A stretch of DNA of 64,000 nt from an uncultured Thermoplasmata archaeon (GTDB lineage Archaea > Thermoplasmatota > DTKX01 > GCA-020343715), in the NCBI GenBank assembly GCA_965369625.1, contig CBDUQW010000005.1:1562-65561 (forward strand). The letters are read 5' to 3'. Positions 10,301-19,886 of this stretch are shown piece by piece; the stretch's first letter is position 1; every line of letters starts with the position of its first letter. The notes beneath the pieces are model-generated. The model did no database searches. It was not told the DNA's origin and saw nothing but the letters and a program-made list of their open reading frames with translations. Both the position numbers and the translations under genes were made by a program.

Positions 10301-10693
10301 GCCCACCCCCGCATCGAGGGCTGTCAACTCGGGGCTCGGGGCGTCGAAGGGGGCCTGGTAGAAGAGCAGGGGCGAGGAGACGGCCATCCCGTCCTCCTCG
10401 GAATAGAAGGTGGCGGCTGGCACGGCTGCCAGGTAGGCCAGGTCGTCGGCCAGGTCGTTGGGGTCGAAGGCCACCATGGTCGCCTTGGAGACGGGAACGG
10501 TGGTGCGCTCGGCGACGCTGAAGAAGCCTCCGGGGTCCAGGGCGTCCGAGGCGCCGACGGCCCCGCTGGTGCCGGCCGCTGAGATGTAGGGTGCGATGAT
10601 CATCAGGACCGCGACCAGGACTATGACCAGGTGCATCTTGGAGGACAGGCCGTCGTACCTTGCCCAAAGCTTACGTATCCTCTCTCTCACCAT
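7349..10693 (-). CDS. Membrane-anchored extracellular protein with C-terminal C25 (gingipain/clan CD)-like peptidase domain and CW_binding_2-like segments
   Basis: N-terminal signal/TM; putative dyad MHGSNG and AGSCS; terminal VYFGDPDL; C-terminal TM. NAPLLYATPDGVPAATLEALDTLG resembles CWB2. Confidence 0.65.
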   Translation of the reverse strand: MVRERIRKLWARYDGLSSKMHLVIVLVAVLMIIAPYISAAGTSGAVGASDALDPGGFFSVAERTTVPVSKATMVAFDPNDLADDLAYLAAVPAATFYSEEDGMAVSSPLLFYQAPFDAPSPELTALDAGVGIDYLMEDYVTACGGQLSSLMTIGVPGSEASALQSKWNAEELVTIEGGAAAGTAARIATTNWEWARTAVVAVLDPTVEAVDHTVSGNLTGTVPSVTPGHGTFTGSIEPSFYVEESHNFEVGDEYRYVKAVMDWTTPGPFPGLTQRGKELGLHLYSGEIMVALSTEWNAFSGAIDTANSFVYTPGPWRVAVVFIPTMGVNDGSTPEGPDWAQRVYEPAQYTITYDLFGGVDVPIEDIPAPGTKNAVFTLSWGQPGRDLGLFIRGPSGQEIASALVTDAGGRLELSIPEMGSGMYTASVVALDGRTGEVGFDLDYSWEEPMSEAEVEGLVGATEAAVLASELNAPLLYATPDGVPAATLEALDTLGTTDVQLVDLTGHSAAVTRELEAHRGTGQPRIDVVEHTDLPDLVLLIAGLGRRGSEGRQDVVITTLNPWSYWYTDSNPDNPQGEEWGGRYFAPAAYAAANHGCPVLVTESDPRLSSSNAFHNAYWFRAYQSRSPAPVGAMYLTGTQVMDAVASFGLDGEGMESLLTVAGQFEIGTAWDRSLVGASTPGRIGGTPVDASVWVARSVLYPLVVFANPAVDPSIDPHDGKRIVGSRSTRTLGTLRETEPERDVQMDNPVAFTWACFLYKFNERASEYWGAEYVAADGTVPGVSPSDHPWDDGTQPDICEDEFEVYSRQAGYGEAESAGYEATVENLNRGVIMWYETMHGSNGGSGFLGWWSSDKNSEANPHRAYEEYPQNLIGATDDPDVVTLDKYTGVDTTPCIGPITPIGLLPERHDGVVIAYINQGPQTYGVRGRDLDADLENVHSMGLVAGSCSISNTFLQLSLVRHGCVFQIIDPWLTSWYVQLGSEIFYRDIGYGGCTVGEAYDAALSKVGPKYVTQEWWWDHWENIVYFGDPDLRIYTPNDPIPRPVVLTSSDVIGGHAIMGATEHPAALGGSAGWTLIQWLGVLILAVEVGRFAHQRGYLRPITERLDARGREASA

Positions 10694-10855
10694 GGTCGGT
10701 TTCCCCGCTGCTCGATGGCGGGGGAATATCGCACGTCTGGCTACTAAAGCCTTTGCTTATGGGACAGGCCACGCGACCACTTTCACCTCACCCCCCTCTT
10801 TCGGTATATAAACGTGGGCTCCCATCCGTAGGACGCACGAAAAGTTGGGATTAAA

Positions 10856-11017
10856 ATGGAAAGGACCCTACACTTCGGATACGAGCGAGACACCAAGAAC
10901 AAGTACAGGTACCGCGAGGAGGGCGACGAACCCGTCATGGGCACCGTCTACGTCTCCAAGGACCTGTTCGACGACCGGCCCGACAGGCTGGAGGTCACCC
11001 TCAAGGCCGTCGGCTGA
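10856..11017 (+). CDS. Small hypothetical protein (53 aa), below the ORF-track cutoff
   Basis: MERTLHFGYERDTKNKYRYREEGDEPVMGTVYVSKDLFDDRPDRLEVTLKAVG*; host-like GC3 codon use; TATATAAA at 10806-10813. Confidence 0.75.
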   Translation: MERTLHFGYERDTKNKYRYREEGDEPVMGTVYVSKDLFDDRPDRLEVTLKAVG

Positions 11018-11045
11018 TCAGTTGTCCCGGGTCCTGCGGAAGGGT

Positions 11046-11525
11046 TCAGCCCTGAAGGAGGATCTCGTCGTCGTAGATCTCCTCCAGCTGCCGGAGGCGG
11101 CCAGCCTCCTCGTTCCGGATGGACCGGAATATGGTCGCCACCTCCTCCGTCGGGGTCATGGCAGCCAGCTGGGTGAAGAAGGACACGACCCGCTCCTGGC
11201 GTTTCATCGCCACCGTGAGGACGTCCTGGAAGTCGGAATCCTCTCGCAGCTCCACTTCCTTGAGGTACCTGCTGATGCCCAGGTCCTTGACGCCGTCCTC
11301 GCGGGCCAGCTCCTGCGCGATAAGGTCGCAGGAGGCCCCCTCGACCGCCAGCAGGTCCTGGAGCTCGTCTATGCGCAACTTGATGTCGTCACGGAAGGCC
11401 CCGAAGACCCGTCCGATCTCGGGCCTCTTCATCAGGGGTGCGACCTGCACGTAGAAATCCAGCAGGTCGGTCTCCCGCTCTATTGCCATCATCAACGCGT
11501 TCTTGCACATCTCATCGAGTTCCAT
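11046..11525 (-). CDS. Ferritin-like/rubrerythrin-family diiron protein
   Basis: Duplicated A..RE....FY/F helix pattern (AIERETDLLDFY; AMKRQERVVSFF). The ExxH ligands look degenerate. RBS GAGGTGA. Confidence 0.75.
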   Translation of the reverse strand: MELDEMCKNALMMAIERETDLLDFYVQVAPLMKRPEIGRVFGAFRDDIKLRIDELQDLLAVEGASCDLIAQELAREDGVKDLGISRYLKEVELREDSDFQDVLTVAMKRQERVVSFFTQLAAMTPTEEVATIFRSIRNEEAGRLRQLEEIYDDEILLQG

Positions 11526-11719
11526 CGGGTTCACCTCGGGACCAAAGTGGGTGAAGGGCTAGGTCTCCCCTTCCGTCCTCATGCTTCAATATCCATCCCA
11601 TGTACATAGGCTTTATCCCAATGGACGGAGGGTCAGGGCCTTGGGTCCACTTGAGTGGTGGTGTACCTGACCACTAGGTTAATACCCGATAAGGAACAAT
11701 TTGGTATCGCATAGCAGGG

Positions 11720-14700
11720 GTGATGACAATGAGGATTCCTAGGGTCGCTATCGCCATATCGATCGTTCTGCTGCTACTCCCTTTCTCGTCACCGGTCTTG
11801 GCGGACGGCACGATCGTCATCGACCGGTTCAACGACGATGTCGCGGTGGCGACGTTGGACTTCAGTCACTCCCTCGTGAACTCCTCGCTATCCGTGGACA
11901 TCCCGCCGGGCGTGGTCCTGACCAGCGCCGAGGTGACGGTGGAGGGCGTCGGGGTCAACGGGTCTCCCAGCTCCGTCCTGGACTTCGACAACGGCGTGCT
12001 AGGTACCAATGTCTGGGCCCACTGGAACGAGGGTCAGGGGCTCTATCCACCGACCGTCGACCCAAGGAACCATCGTTGGACCAAGATAACCGCCACCGAT
12101 GTAAAATCTATCAAGTGGGTAGACAGTGTCCAATGGCTGACCCAGACCACCGGCCAGGGCCTCCCGCCCTACGAGTGGCCCCTGCAACTTTACAGGTTCG
12201 CTCCGGTCACCTCGGGAGCCACCTCCATCGAGGTGATGTGGAACGGTACCGGTGTGGCTCAGCTCAACGCAACGGCCTTTTACCAGGCCGACCTCTGGCT
12301 GTACGACCACTCCGATGATGTCTGGGACAGGGTGGCCAACTTCGCAAGCAACAGCGACGTCATCGTTTGGCTCAACTTCTCCTTCGACCTACCCTCCCCC
12401 TACCTTGCCACCGATGGCTCGATCGACGTGGCCGTGGCAGGTCCCCACTCGGACAACATGTTGCTCCAAGTACCGGGCGTCCTCCTCACCGACTACATCG
12501 GTGTGAAGGTCACGTCCGTCGGAGGGCTCCAGTACCCGGCCGACATCGCCCTTTCTATAGATGATGTCGAGATGGCGACCATCAATGGGAACGTCACCGA
12601 CCCGGTGACCATCGGAGCAGGGAGCGGCCTGCTATCCAACCTCCAGACCGTCCTGGACGCCTACCAGGTGACCCCGGACAACGTGACCCTGGTGTTCGAC
12701 TTCTCAGTGGGCCAGGCCACCGCGGGGATGCTCTCCGTGAGGGACCTGGTCATCGAGTATACACCCCTGACGAATACCGCTCCTGAATATACGGGACCGA
12801 CCTCCGTGGTCGTCGACGAGGATTCGGGATGGACGTCGGTGATGAACCTCGACACGGCCTTCGAGGACGACTTCAACGCTGGGGAGCTCCTCTTCGACAT
12901 CCCCATCATCGACTGGCCTGGTGATCCCCTTGCGCTCTTCCGGATCGGAACGGACGATGGGGGCAACCAGACCTTGGACGTCATACCGGAGAACGATTTC
13001 TTCGGAGTCCTGCCAGTGACCGTCGAGGTCAAGGCCACGGACCTGTTCGGGCTCGAGGCCCTCGCGCAACTGGACATGACCGTCCTCCAGATAGGGGACC
13101 CCCCGCATCTCCAGCAGGTCGGGTCCATCGAGGCCCACGAGAGGGCTACCACCACGTTCACCGTGAACGTCATCGACGTGGACCTCCCCGACGACGAGTT
13201 CACCTTCTCGGACGATACCGACCTGCTCGACATCGACCCCGTCACCGGGGAGATATCGTGGACCCCCTCCCCGGACCAGATAGGCACCCACACTTTCCGG
13301 GTCATCGTCACTGACCGGTTCGGATACACCGATTGGGTTCTGGTGACGATAGTGGTCGAGAACTCCAACGACCCGCCCGTCATCACCTCCAACGAGAACC
13401 TGAAGGCGAAGCAGGACGAGGAGGCGACGTATCTCATCCTGACGGATGACCCTGACGTAGCCTACGGGGATGTCCTGTCCTACTTCACGTTCGCGGACGT
13501 GATCGACATCGACGTGGACCCCTCGACGGGCTGGATGACCTTCACTCCCACAAATGCCCAGGTCCCATCCTTCGACATCACCATAAGGGTCGAGGACCTC
13601 ATCGGTGAGAAGGACGAGCTTGTCCTCCACGTGACGGTGGAGAACGTGAACGACCCGCCCGTGTTCCAAGAGGTCGGGGAGCTGACCTTCGATCAGGGTG
13701 AGCATGTGATGTGGACACTGGAGGTGGAAGACCCTGACATGGACCTGGGACCGCCCCTCACGGATGTGCTCACCTACAGCAGCGTCGGGGCAGACCTCTT
13801 CTCACCTGATGGCCGCAGCATCGTGTTCCAGGCAGGCCAGGAGGATGTCGGGACCCATGAGGTCATTTACACCGTCACCGACAGTGGCGGCCTCTCCGAC
13901 GTGATCACAATAACCTGGGTCATCAGGGACGTGAACGATGCCCCAGTGATCGTGAACCAGCTGCCAGATGTCCTGAACGAGGATGAGGAGTTCAACCTCA
14001 CGATGTCGGCCATCGACGCCGACGGGAACAAGGTGACCTGGGCGGACGACACGGACATGTTCGATATCGACCCGGACACCGGCGTGATCGACTTCACCCC
14101 GGCCCAGAAGGATGTCGGGACCCATCAGGTCACCCTGACGGCCTCGGACGGTTGGGGTGGCAAGGGGACCGCCACGTTCAACTTCGAGGTCCGGAACGTC
14201 AACGATGGACCAACCATAGGCACCGTGCTGCCCTCCTCGGGCTCGACGTTCGATGAGGGGGACACGATCGAGCTCACGGCCCAGGCGACGGACGAGGACG
14301 GTGACCAGCTGACCTACGTCTGGACCTGGAACGGTAAGGAGCTGGGCAGGGGAGTCGTGGTGGAGACCGACGATCTGCCCGCCGGCACGAGCAAGGTCGT
14401 GCTCACCGTCACCGACGGCAACGGGGGTTTGGCCACCTACGAGTTCGAGGTGGAGGTCCAGAGCATATCCGGGGGCCTTCTGCTCCCCATCGCCATCGCG
14501 GCCATCCTGGCGGTCATCGTCGTCGTCTTCCTGCTGGCTCGGAACAGGGGCATGGTTAGGAAAGGGTCGGTCGAGGAGACCGCCAAGGATGTGTCAGAGG
14601 AGGGGTCCGCGCCATCGTCCGACGCTGAGGTCGTGCTCGACTATGACACCGAGAGCGTGACCGTGGTCGACGCCGTGCCCGTCGAGGACATCGAGCTGGA

Positions 14701-14860
14701 CTTCGGAGACGGGCCCTTAGAGGACGTGACCGAGGTGCCCCCCGCACTCGAGGAGGCTCCGATCTTTCACCTGGAGGAGACCGACGAGTACAGGCCGGAC
14801 CGGAAGGATGGAGAGGGAACCCTGCCAGAAGATGATAGGGCCGATGAACCCGACAGTTGA
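11720..14860 (+). CDS. Large TM-anchored surface protein with tandem cadherin-like/Ig repeats (paralog A)
   Basis: Signal peptide; repeated V.NVND.P / D.D.D / IDP.TG.I.(W/F)TP....G; C-terminal TM and acidic tail. Confidence 0.85.
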   Translation: MMTMRIPRVAIAISIVLLLLPFSSPVLADGTIVIDRFNDDVAVATLDFSHSLVNSSLSVDIPPGVVLTSAEVTVEGVGVNGSPSSVLDFDNGVLGTNVWAHWNEGQGLYPPTVDPRNHRWTKITATDVKSIKWVDSVQWLTQTTGQGLPPYEWPLQLYRFAPVTSGATSIEVMWNGTGVAQLNATAFYQADLWLYDHSDDVWDRVANFASNSDVIVWLNFSFDLPSPYLATDGSIDVAVAGPHSDNMLLQVPGVLLTDYIGVKVTSVGGLQYPADIALSIDDVEMATINGNVTDPVTIGAGSGLLSNLQTVLDAYQVTPDNVTLVFDFSVGQATAGMLSVRDLVIEYTPLTNTAPEYTGPTSVVVDEDSGWTSVMNLDTAFEDDFNAGELLFDIPIIDWPGDPLALFRIGTDDGGNQTLDVIPENDFFGVLPVTVEVKATDLFGLEALAQLDMTVLQIGDPPHLQQVGSIEAHERATTTFTVNVIDVDLPDDEFTFSDDTDLLDIDPVTGEISWTPSPDQIGTHTFRVIVTDRFGYTDWVLVTIVVENSNDPPVITSNENLKAKQDEEATYLILTDDPDVAYGDVLSYFTFADVIDIDVDPSTGWMTFTPTNAQVPSFDITIRVEDLIGEKDELVLHVTVENVNDPPVFQEVGELTFDQGEHVMWTLEVEDPDMDLGPPLTDVLTYSSVGADLFSPDGRSIVFQAGQEDVGTHEVIYTVTDSGGLSDVITITWVIRDVNDAPVIVNQLPDVLNEDEEFNLTMSAIDADGNKVTWADDTDMFDIDPDTGVIDFTPAQKDVGTHQVTLTASDGWGGKGTATFNFEVRNVNDGPTIGTVLPSSGSTFDEGDTIELTAQATDEDGDQLTYVWTWNGKELGRGVVVETDDLPAGTSKVVLTVTDGNGGLATYEFEVEVQSISGGLLLPIAIAAILAVIVVVFLLARNRGMVRKGSVEETAKDVSEEGSAPSSDAEVVLDYDTESVTVVDAVPVEDIELDFGDGPLEDVTEVPPALEEAPIFHLEETDEYRPDRKDGEGTLPEDDRADEPDS

Positions 14861-15018
14861 CCGGACCGACGTTCAGGGAACGGATCCGTCCTGCCGGGCA
14901 CAACGAATCTACTGGTCCCATCCTCAGGGGGCTTTGGAGGTTCACCCTGGTGAAGAGATGTGTGAAGGGTTTAATTAGTACATCTCTATAGGTGTGATGT
15001 CATCCGTGGGGTGTCATC

Positions 15019-18000
15019 ATGAGAAAGGCCAGATTGGTAATTTCGTTCGTGTTGGTCCTGCTCCTCGTCCCTACCTTCTCGCCCGAGGCTGGAGCAGCCA
15101 CCCAGGTCATCGACAGGTTCGAGGGCGATGTCACTGGGGCGACCCTTGACTTCTCCATGTCCCTTGGGAACAGCAGTTTGAGCATCGAGATCCCGCCGGG
15201 AGCGGCCATCGAGAGCGCCGAACTTACGGTGGCCGGCGTCCAGGGACAGGCGGTAGAGAGCTCCACCCTCAACTTCACCACCGGGAATGTGGGCAAGGAC
15301 CTCTGGGCTTTCTACAACGAGGGGCGTGCCATCTATCCCCCCAAGGTAGTACCTGGCAATCACCGATGGATGCCCGCCATTAACAAGGAGATAACTCGCA
15401 TCAATACCTCGGACGACACCTACTGGAAGACCGACACGCAAGACCCCCAAGCAGGTAGGCCTCCCGGGGGCGCGTACCCGATCCAGCTGTACAGTTTCCT
15501 GCCTCAATACCTGGGTGCCGACAACATCACCGTCAGGTGGGAGGGCTTGGGGACCTGTGCCTTCAACAAGACCAACAATTACCACGCGGAGATGTGGCTG
15601 TACAACCATACCGACAGGGTGTGGATCATGGTCGAGGAGTACTCCAACAACAACGTCAACCTGACGGACGAATGGCTCAACTACACCTTCGACATTCCCT
15701 CGCCCTTCGTGGCTGGCAACGGTAGCGTTGACGTGGCCATCGTCGGGACCCACTCGGAGTGGGCAGGTCCCATGCTTCCCGCCTACGACGAGGGGCACCT
15801 GTGGACCGACTACATCGAGCTGGATGTCTCGTCAAAGGGTGGTATCCAGTACCCAAGCGACATCAGCCTCTACGTCGAGGACATCGAGGTGGCGGTGCTC
15901 ACTGGTGAGATCGTCGACCCCATAACGATCGGCGATGCGCAGGACCTGGCCGGAAACCTACAGGCCGCTCTCGATACATTCAAGGTAACGCCGGACAACG
16001 TAAGCCTGCCCCTTACCTTCTTCGTTGGAGGTCCCACGGCAGGATGGCTACATGTTAGCGGTCTCAGGATAGAGTACGAGCCCGTGGTGAATGCGGTCCC
16101 CACCTACGAAGGTCCGGAAACCGTCAACATCGACGAGGATGGTGGCTGGAGCGTGATCATGGACCTGGACGCCATCTTCTTCGACGATTTCAACATGGGT
16201 GAGCTGTCCTTCTCATCGATAGGGCTCGTCGATCCCCCCTTCGCCTTGCCCCCTTACCCCGTGGAGTTCAGGACCGGATACAACGCCGAGGGCAACGTCA
16301 CCTTGGAGGTGTATCCCGATCCCGACTTCTTCATCCTCGACCCCCTCGAGGTTGCTGTCACTGCCACGGACCTCTTCAATTCCTCGACCTCGGCATCTTT
16401 CGACCTTCTGGTGGACCAGAAATCGGACAGGCCGGTCCTCACTGCCGAGCCCAACCTCGAGGCCTTCGAGCGGACGCGGTTCACCCACACAGTGGGGGTC
16501 ACGGACGCGGACCTTCCCGATGACGAGCTGAGCTTCTCGGACGACTCCGAGCTGGTTGACATCGACCCTGCCACAGGCGAGATCGACTGGACTCCGGGTT
16601 CGGACCAGATCGGGGCCCACACCTTCCAGGTCACGGTGACCGACCGCTTCGGCCTCACCGACAGGATCCAGATCACCATCACGGTCCAGAACTCCAACGA
16701 CCCACCCGTGATCTCACCTGAACCGGAGATTGACGCCAAACAGGGCGTGGTGGCGACCTACATGATTCAGGCAGAGGACCCGGACATCCCCTTTGGGGAC
16801 GTCCTCAGGTACTCCGCCTTCGCCGATGCCATCCAGCTCTCGGTGGACCAGGTGACCGGACGCATGACCTTCACCCCCACCAACGACCACGTGCCCTACT
16901 TCAACGTGACCATCAGGGTCCAGGACCTGCTGGGCAGGTCGGACGAGACGGTGCTCCATGTCAACGTGGAGAACGTCAACGACGCCCCGGTCTTCCTTAT
17001 CGACGGGACCACTTGGACCCACGAGCAGAACCAGGGGATCCTCCTCGACCTTGCCGTAGAGGACCCTGACCTGCTCATCCCCGTGGGGGAGACCCTGACG
17101 TTCACTGCGGTGGGACCGGATGCCTTCAAGCCGGACGAGGATGGCACCATCGCCCTCGACCCCGACCAATCCCTGGTGGGCGAGCACGAGGTGACCTACA
17201 CCGTCACCGATGGGGGCGGCCTCACCGATGTCATCGTCATAACCTGGGTGATAACAGATGTCAACGACAAGCCCCTCATCGACACCGACCCGCCCTCCTC
17301 GGTGAACGAGGACGAGCCCTTCGAGCTGACCATGGAGGCCACCGACGCCGACGGCGACACCATCACCTGGACCGACGACACCGACGTGTTCGACATCGAC
17401 CCGGTCACTGGGACCATCAGCTTCACCCCCACCCAGGAGGACGTGGGCGTGCACCGGATATCCATCACCGCTGACGACGGAAGGGGCTACACGGCAGTTC
17501 TGACCTTCGACCTCGAGGTGGTCAACGTCAACGACGACCCCGTCATCGTCGTGATGTCGAAGCCGGACGGTGAACCCTACGTCGAGGGGGACGCGGTGGA
17601 GATCGCCGGGACGGCGACCGACGAGGACGGTGACCAGCTGACCTACGTATGGACGATGGACGGGAAGGAGCTGGGCAGGGGACCCGTGCTGAATACCAAT
17701 GACCTGCCCGTCGGCAAGAGCAGGATAGTCCTCACCGTCACCGATGGCAACGGCGGCTCAGCGACCCACGAGATCGAGGTGGAGGTCCAGAGCTCCCTTG
17801 GCACCAGCCTGCTGCTCCCCATAGCCATCGTCATCATCATCGTGGTCGTGGTGGCCATCGCCCTGGTGGCCAGGGGCCGTTCGTCAAAGGAGGGGCCTGC
17901 TCAGGATGGACCGCCGGATGGGACCGTCGAGGAGACCACCGCTGGCTCCCAGGAGGAGGTGGTCGAGTACGATACCGATTCTGTCACCGTCATGGAGGAC

Positions 18001-18156
18001 ACCCCCGGCGCGGAGACCTCGATGGACCTCGGCGAGGGTCCCCTCGTGGACGTGACCGAGGCCGCCCCCGAACCCGAGGAGGCTCCCATCTACAATCTCG
18101 AGGAGGCCGGGGAGTACCGCCCTCAAGAGGGTAACGGTGGCGAGCCCGAGGAGTGA
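15019..18156 (+). CDS. Large TM-anchored surface protein with tandem cadherin-like/Ig repeats (paralog B)
   Basis: Colinear with 11720..14860 over the full length (1045 vs 1046 aa), with the same repeats, TM and tail. Confidence 0.85.
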   Translation: MRKARLVISFVLVLLLVPTFSPEAGAATQVIDRFEGDVTGATLDFSMSLGNSSLSIEIPPGAAIESAELTVAGVQGQAVESSTLNFTTGNVGKDLWAFYNEGRAIYPPKVVPGNHRWMPAINKEITRINTSDDTYWKTDTQDPQAGRPPGGAYPIQLYSFLPQYLGADNITVRWEGLGTCAFNKTNNYHAEMWLYNHTDRVWIMVEEYSNNNVNLTDEWLNYTFDIPSPFVAGNGSVDVAIVGTHSEWAGPMLPAYDEGHLWTDYIELDVSSKGGIQYPSDISLYVEDIEVAVLTGEIVDPITIGDAQDLAGNLQAALDTFKVTPDNVSLPLTFFVGGPTAGWLHVSGLRIEYEPVVNAVPTYEGPETVNIDEDGGWSVIMDLDAIFFDDFNMGELSFSSIGLVDPPFALPPYPVEFRTGYNAEGNVTLEVYPDPDFFILDPLEVAVTATDLFNSSTSASFDLLVDQKSDRPVLTAEPNLEAFERTRFTHTVGVTDADLPDDELSFSDDSELVDIDPATGEIDWTPGSDQIGAHTFQVTVTDRFGLTDRIQITITVQNSNDPPVISPEPEIDAKQGVVATYMIQAEDPDIPFGDVLRYSAFADAIQLSVDQVTGRMTFTPTNDHVPYFNVTIRVQDLLGRSDETVLHVNVENVNDAPVFLIDGTTWTHEQNQGILLDLAVEDPDLLIPVGETLTFTAVGPDAFKPDEDGTIALDPDQSLVGEHEVTYTVTDGGGLTDVIVITWVITDVNDKPLIDTDPPSSVNEDEPFELTMEATDADGDTITWTDDTDVFDIDPVTGTISFTPTQEDVGVHRISITADDGRGYTAVLTFDLEVVNVNDDPVIVVMSKPDGEPYVEGDAVEIAGTATDEDGDQLTYVWTMDGKELGRGPVLNTNDLPVGKSRIVLTVTDGNGGSATHEIEVEVQSSLGTSLLLPIAIVIIIVVVVAIALVARGRSSKEGPAQDGPPDGTVEETTAGSQEEVVEYDTDSVTVMEDTPGAETSMDLGEGPLVDVTEAAPEPEEAPIYNLEEAGEYRPQEGNGGEPEE

Positions 18157-18192
18157 CCCGGGGAGTGGCCCTGGGACCGATCGCCCGTCGAC

Positions 18193-19689
18193 CTAGTCCT
18201 CGTTGGCCAGCCAGATGGCGTAGCTGCCGCCGATGAGCACCGCCATCTCCAGACCCTCGGGGGTGAAGCGGGACATGACCTCCAGGTAGGTGTGGTACTC
18301 CCAACAGCCCGACCCCCAGAAGTTGACGGTCTCGACCCCCGATAGGGCGAAGGGCGTGGAATCGCTGCCCACCTCGCCTGGGTGCTCCATCCATGATACG
18401 CTGTAGTTGAACCGCTGCTCCAGGTCGGGGCGGTCCTCGTAGATGGTCTCGATGATGGTCCCGATTACGTCGAAGCGGTCCTTGCTGTCGGGGGTGACCC
18501 ATCCTCTGTTCCCCCGCTGCAGGTTCACGTGGGGCATGTCGAAGTTGAGCATGGCCACGCAGCTTCTGTTGATCTCCTCCTGGTGGGCCTCCACGTAGGC
18601 GAAGGAACCGTAGAGGCCGTCCTCCTCCCCGCCGAAGGTCATGAGCCGGATGGTGCGCTCCACCTTGGCCTCTGCCAGCTGGTGGGCAAGCTCCACCACC
18701 GTCGTGGTGCCCGAACCGTTGTCGATGACACCCTTGCTCACGTACACGGAATCGTGATGGGCCCCGATGACCACGAACTCGTCGGTGTCGCCGGTGCCAG
18801 GCACCTCGCCCACGACCACGTGGACGGTCCGCATGCCGATGTCACAGTCGACGTGCACCCGGAGCTTGGCGTTCTGGGCGGCCAGGATGGTGTCGCCCGC
18901 GTCCTTGGAGACCATTATGAAGGGGATGTTGGGATAGTCGGGGTCCGGCCATCCATCCGGCTGGCGATTCCCCTTGGAGATGGGCACGTAACCTATCCGC
19001 TCGTGGATGTCAACGTTGTGCAGGACCAGGCCCGTGACCCCGGCATCATGGGCCACGTCGAAGATCTGGCGGTTGCTCACCCCCGCTGTCGGGAGGACCG
19101 CCACCATCCCTCGGGCGGGGGCGTAGTGGCCCTCCTCGGTCCCGTTCTCGTCGATGCCCACGTAGTCCATGTCGTTGAGGAACGCGGTGGGACCGGAGCC
19201 CTGGTCCCGGGAACCGGAGTAGCCCTGGACCACGAAGTCGACCTTGTGCTCGAAGGTTATGGGGTCACGGTTGGGGTGGGGGACCATCCCCAGGGGCCCG
19301 TTGGTGTAGTAGACCAGCTGCAGGGAGGCGCCCTTCACCTCGTACTCCAGCTCCGGGTACTCCTCGATGTGCACGTTCTCGAGACCAGCGGCGATGAACT
19401 CGCTGGCGATGTACTCCGCCGCCTCCTTCTCGTAGATCGTCCCGGTGTGACGAGTGGGCCAGGAGGCGAGCTGGGTCTCCACGGCCGTCACCCGCTCGAT
19501 GTCGAACCCGATGTACTCCAGGTCCCCGTAGGTGGCGGTGTTCCAGCTCATCACACCGAAGGCTATGACGGACACCAGCACGAGGACGGCCACGATCACC
19601 ACGGCCATGTTGCGGGTGCTGGACCTCGCCCAGCCCAGGACCTTGCCCGGTCTCCATCCCTTCACGCTATCGACAAGTCGCACGACCAT
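18193..19689 (-). CDS. M28 family Zn aminopeptidase with PA domain, N-terminal membrane anchor
   Basis: GAHHDS, DNGSG, GGEEDGLYGS, NFDM, GSDS, YH motifs; likely start ATG 19689 just downstream of a TATA-like TCTATATG. Confidence 0.9.
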   Translation of the reverse strand: MVVRLVDSVKGWRPGKVLGWARSSTRNMAVVIVAVLVLVSVIAFGVMSWNTATYGDLEYIGFDIERVTAVETQLASWPTRHTGTIYEKEAAEYIASEFIAAGLENVHIEEYPELEYEVKGASLQLVYYTNGPLGMVPHPNRDPITFEHKVDFVVQGYSGSRDQGSGPTAFLNDMDYVGIDENGTEEGHYAPARGMVAVLPTAGVSNRQIFDVAHDAGVTGLVLHNVDIHERIGYVPISKGNRQPDGWPDPDYPNIPFIMVSKDAGDTILAAQNAKLRVHVDCDIGMRTVHVVVGEVPGTGDTDEFVVIGAHHDSVYVSKGVIDNGSGTTTVVELAHQLAEAKVERTIRLMTFGGEEDGLYGSFAYVEAHQEEINRSCVAMLNFDMPHVNLQRGNRGWVTPDSKDRFDVIGTIIETIYEDRPDLEQRFNYSVSWMEHPGEVGSDSTPFALSGVETVNFWGSGCWEYHTYLEVMSRFTPEGLEMAVLIGGSYAIWLANED

Positions 19690-19886
19690 TGAAAACGTTC
19701 GCCTGGCACATATAGATTTGCCCGTTGGCCACCCGGACCCCCCGTCATCGGGTCCTCTCCCTGGACCGACCCAAGGATCTGCACACCGCCAGGTCCCCCA
19801 AACCGCAAACTTATTACCGATGGCCAACCTTGAAGCCATCCGCGACCCTTGGTAGGGTCCCGTGTGAGGAAGGAGGACACGGCCGG

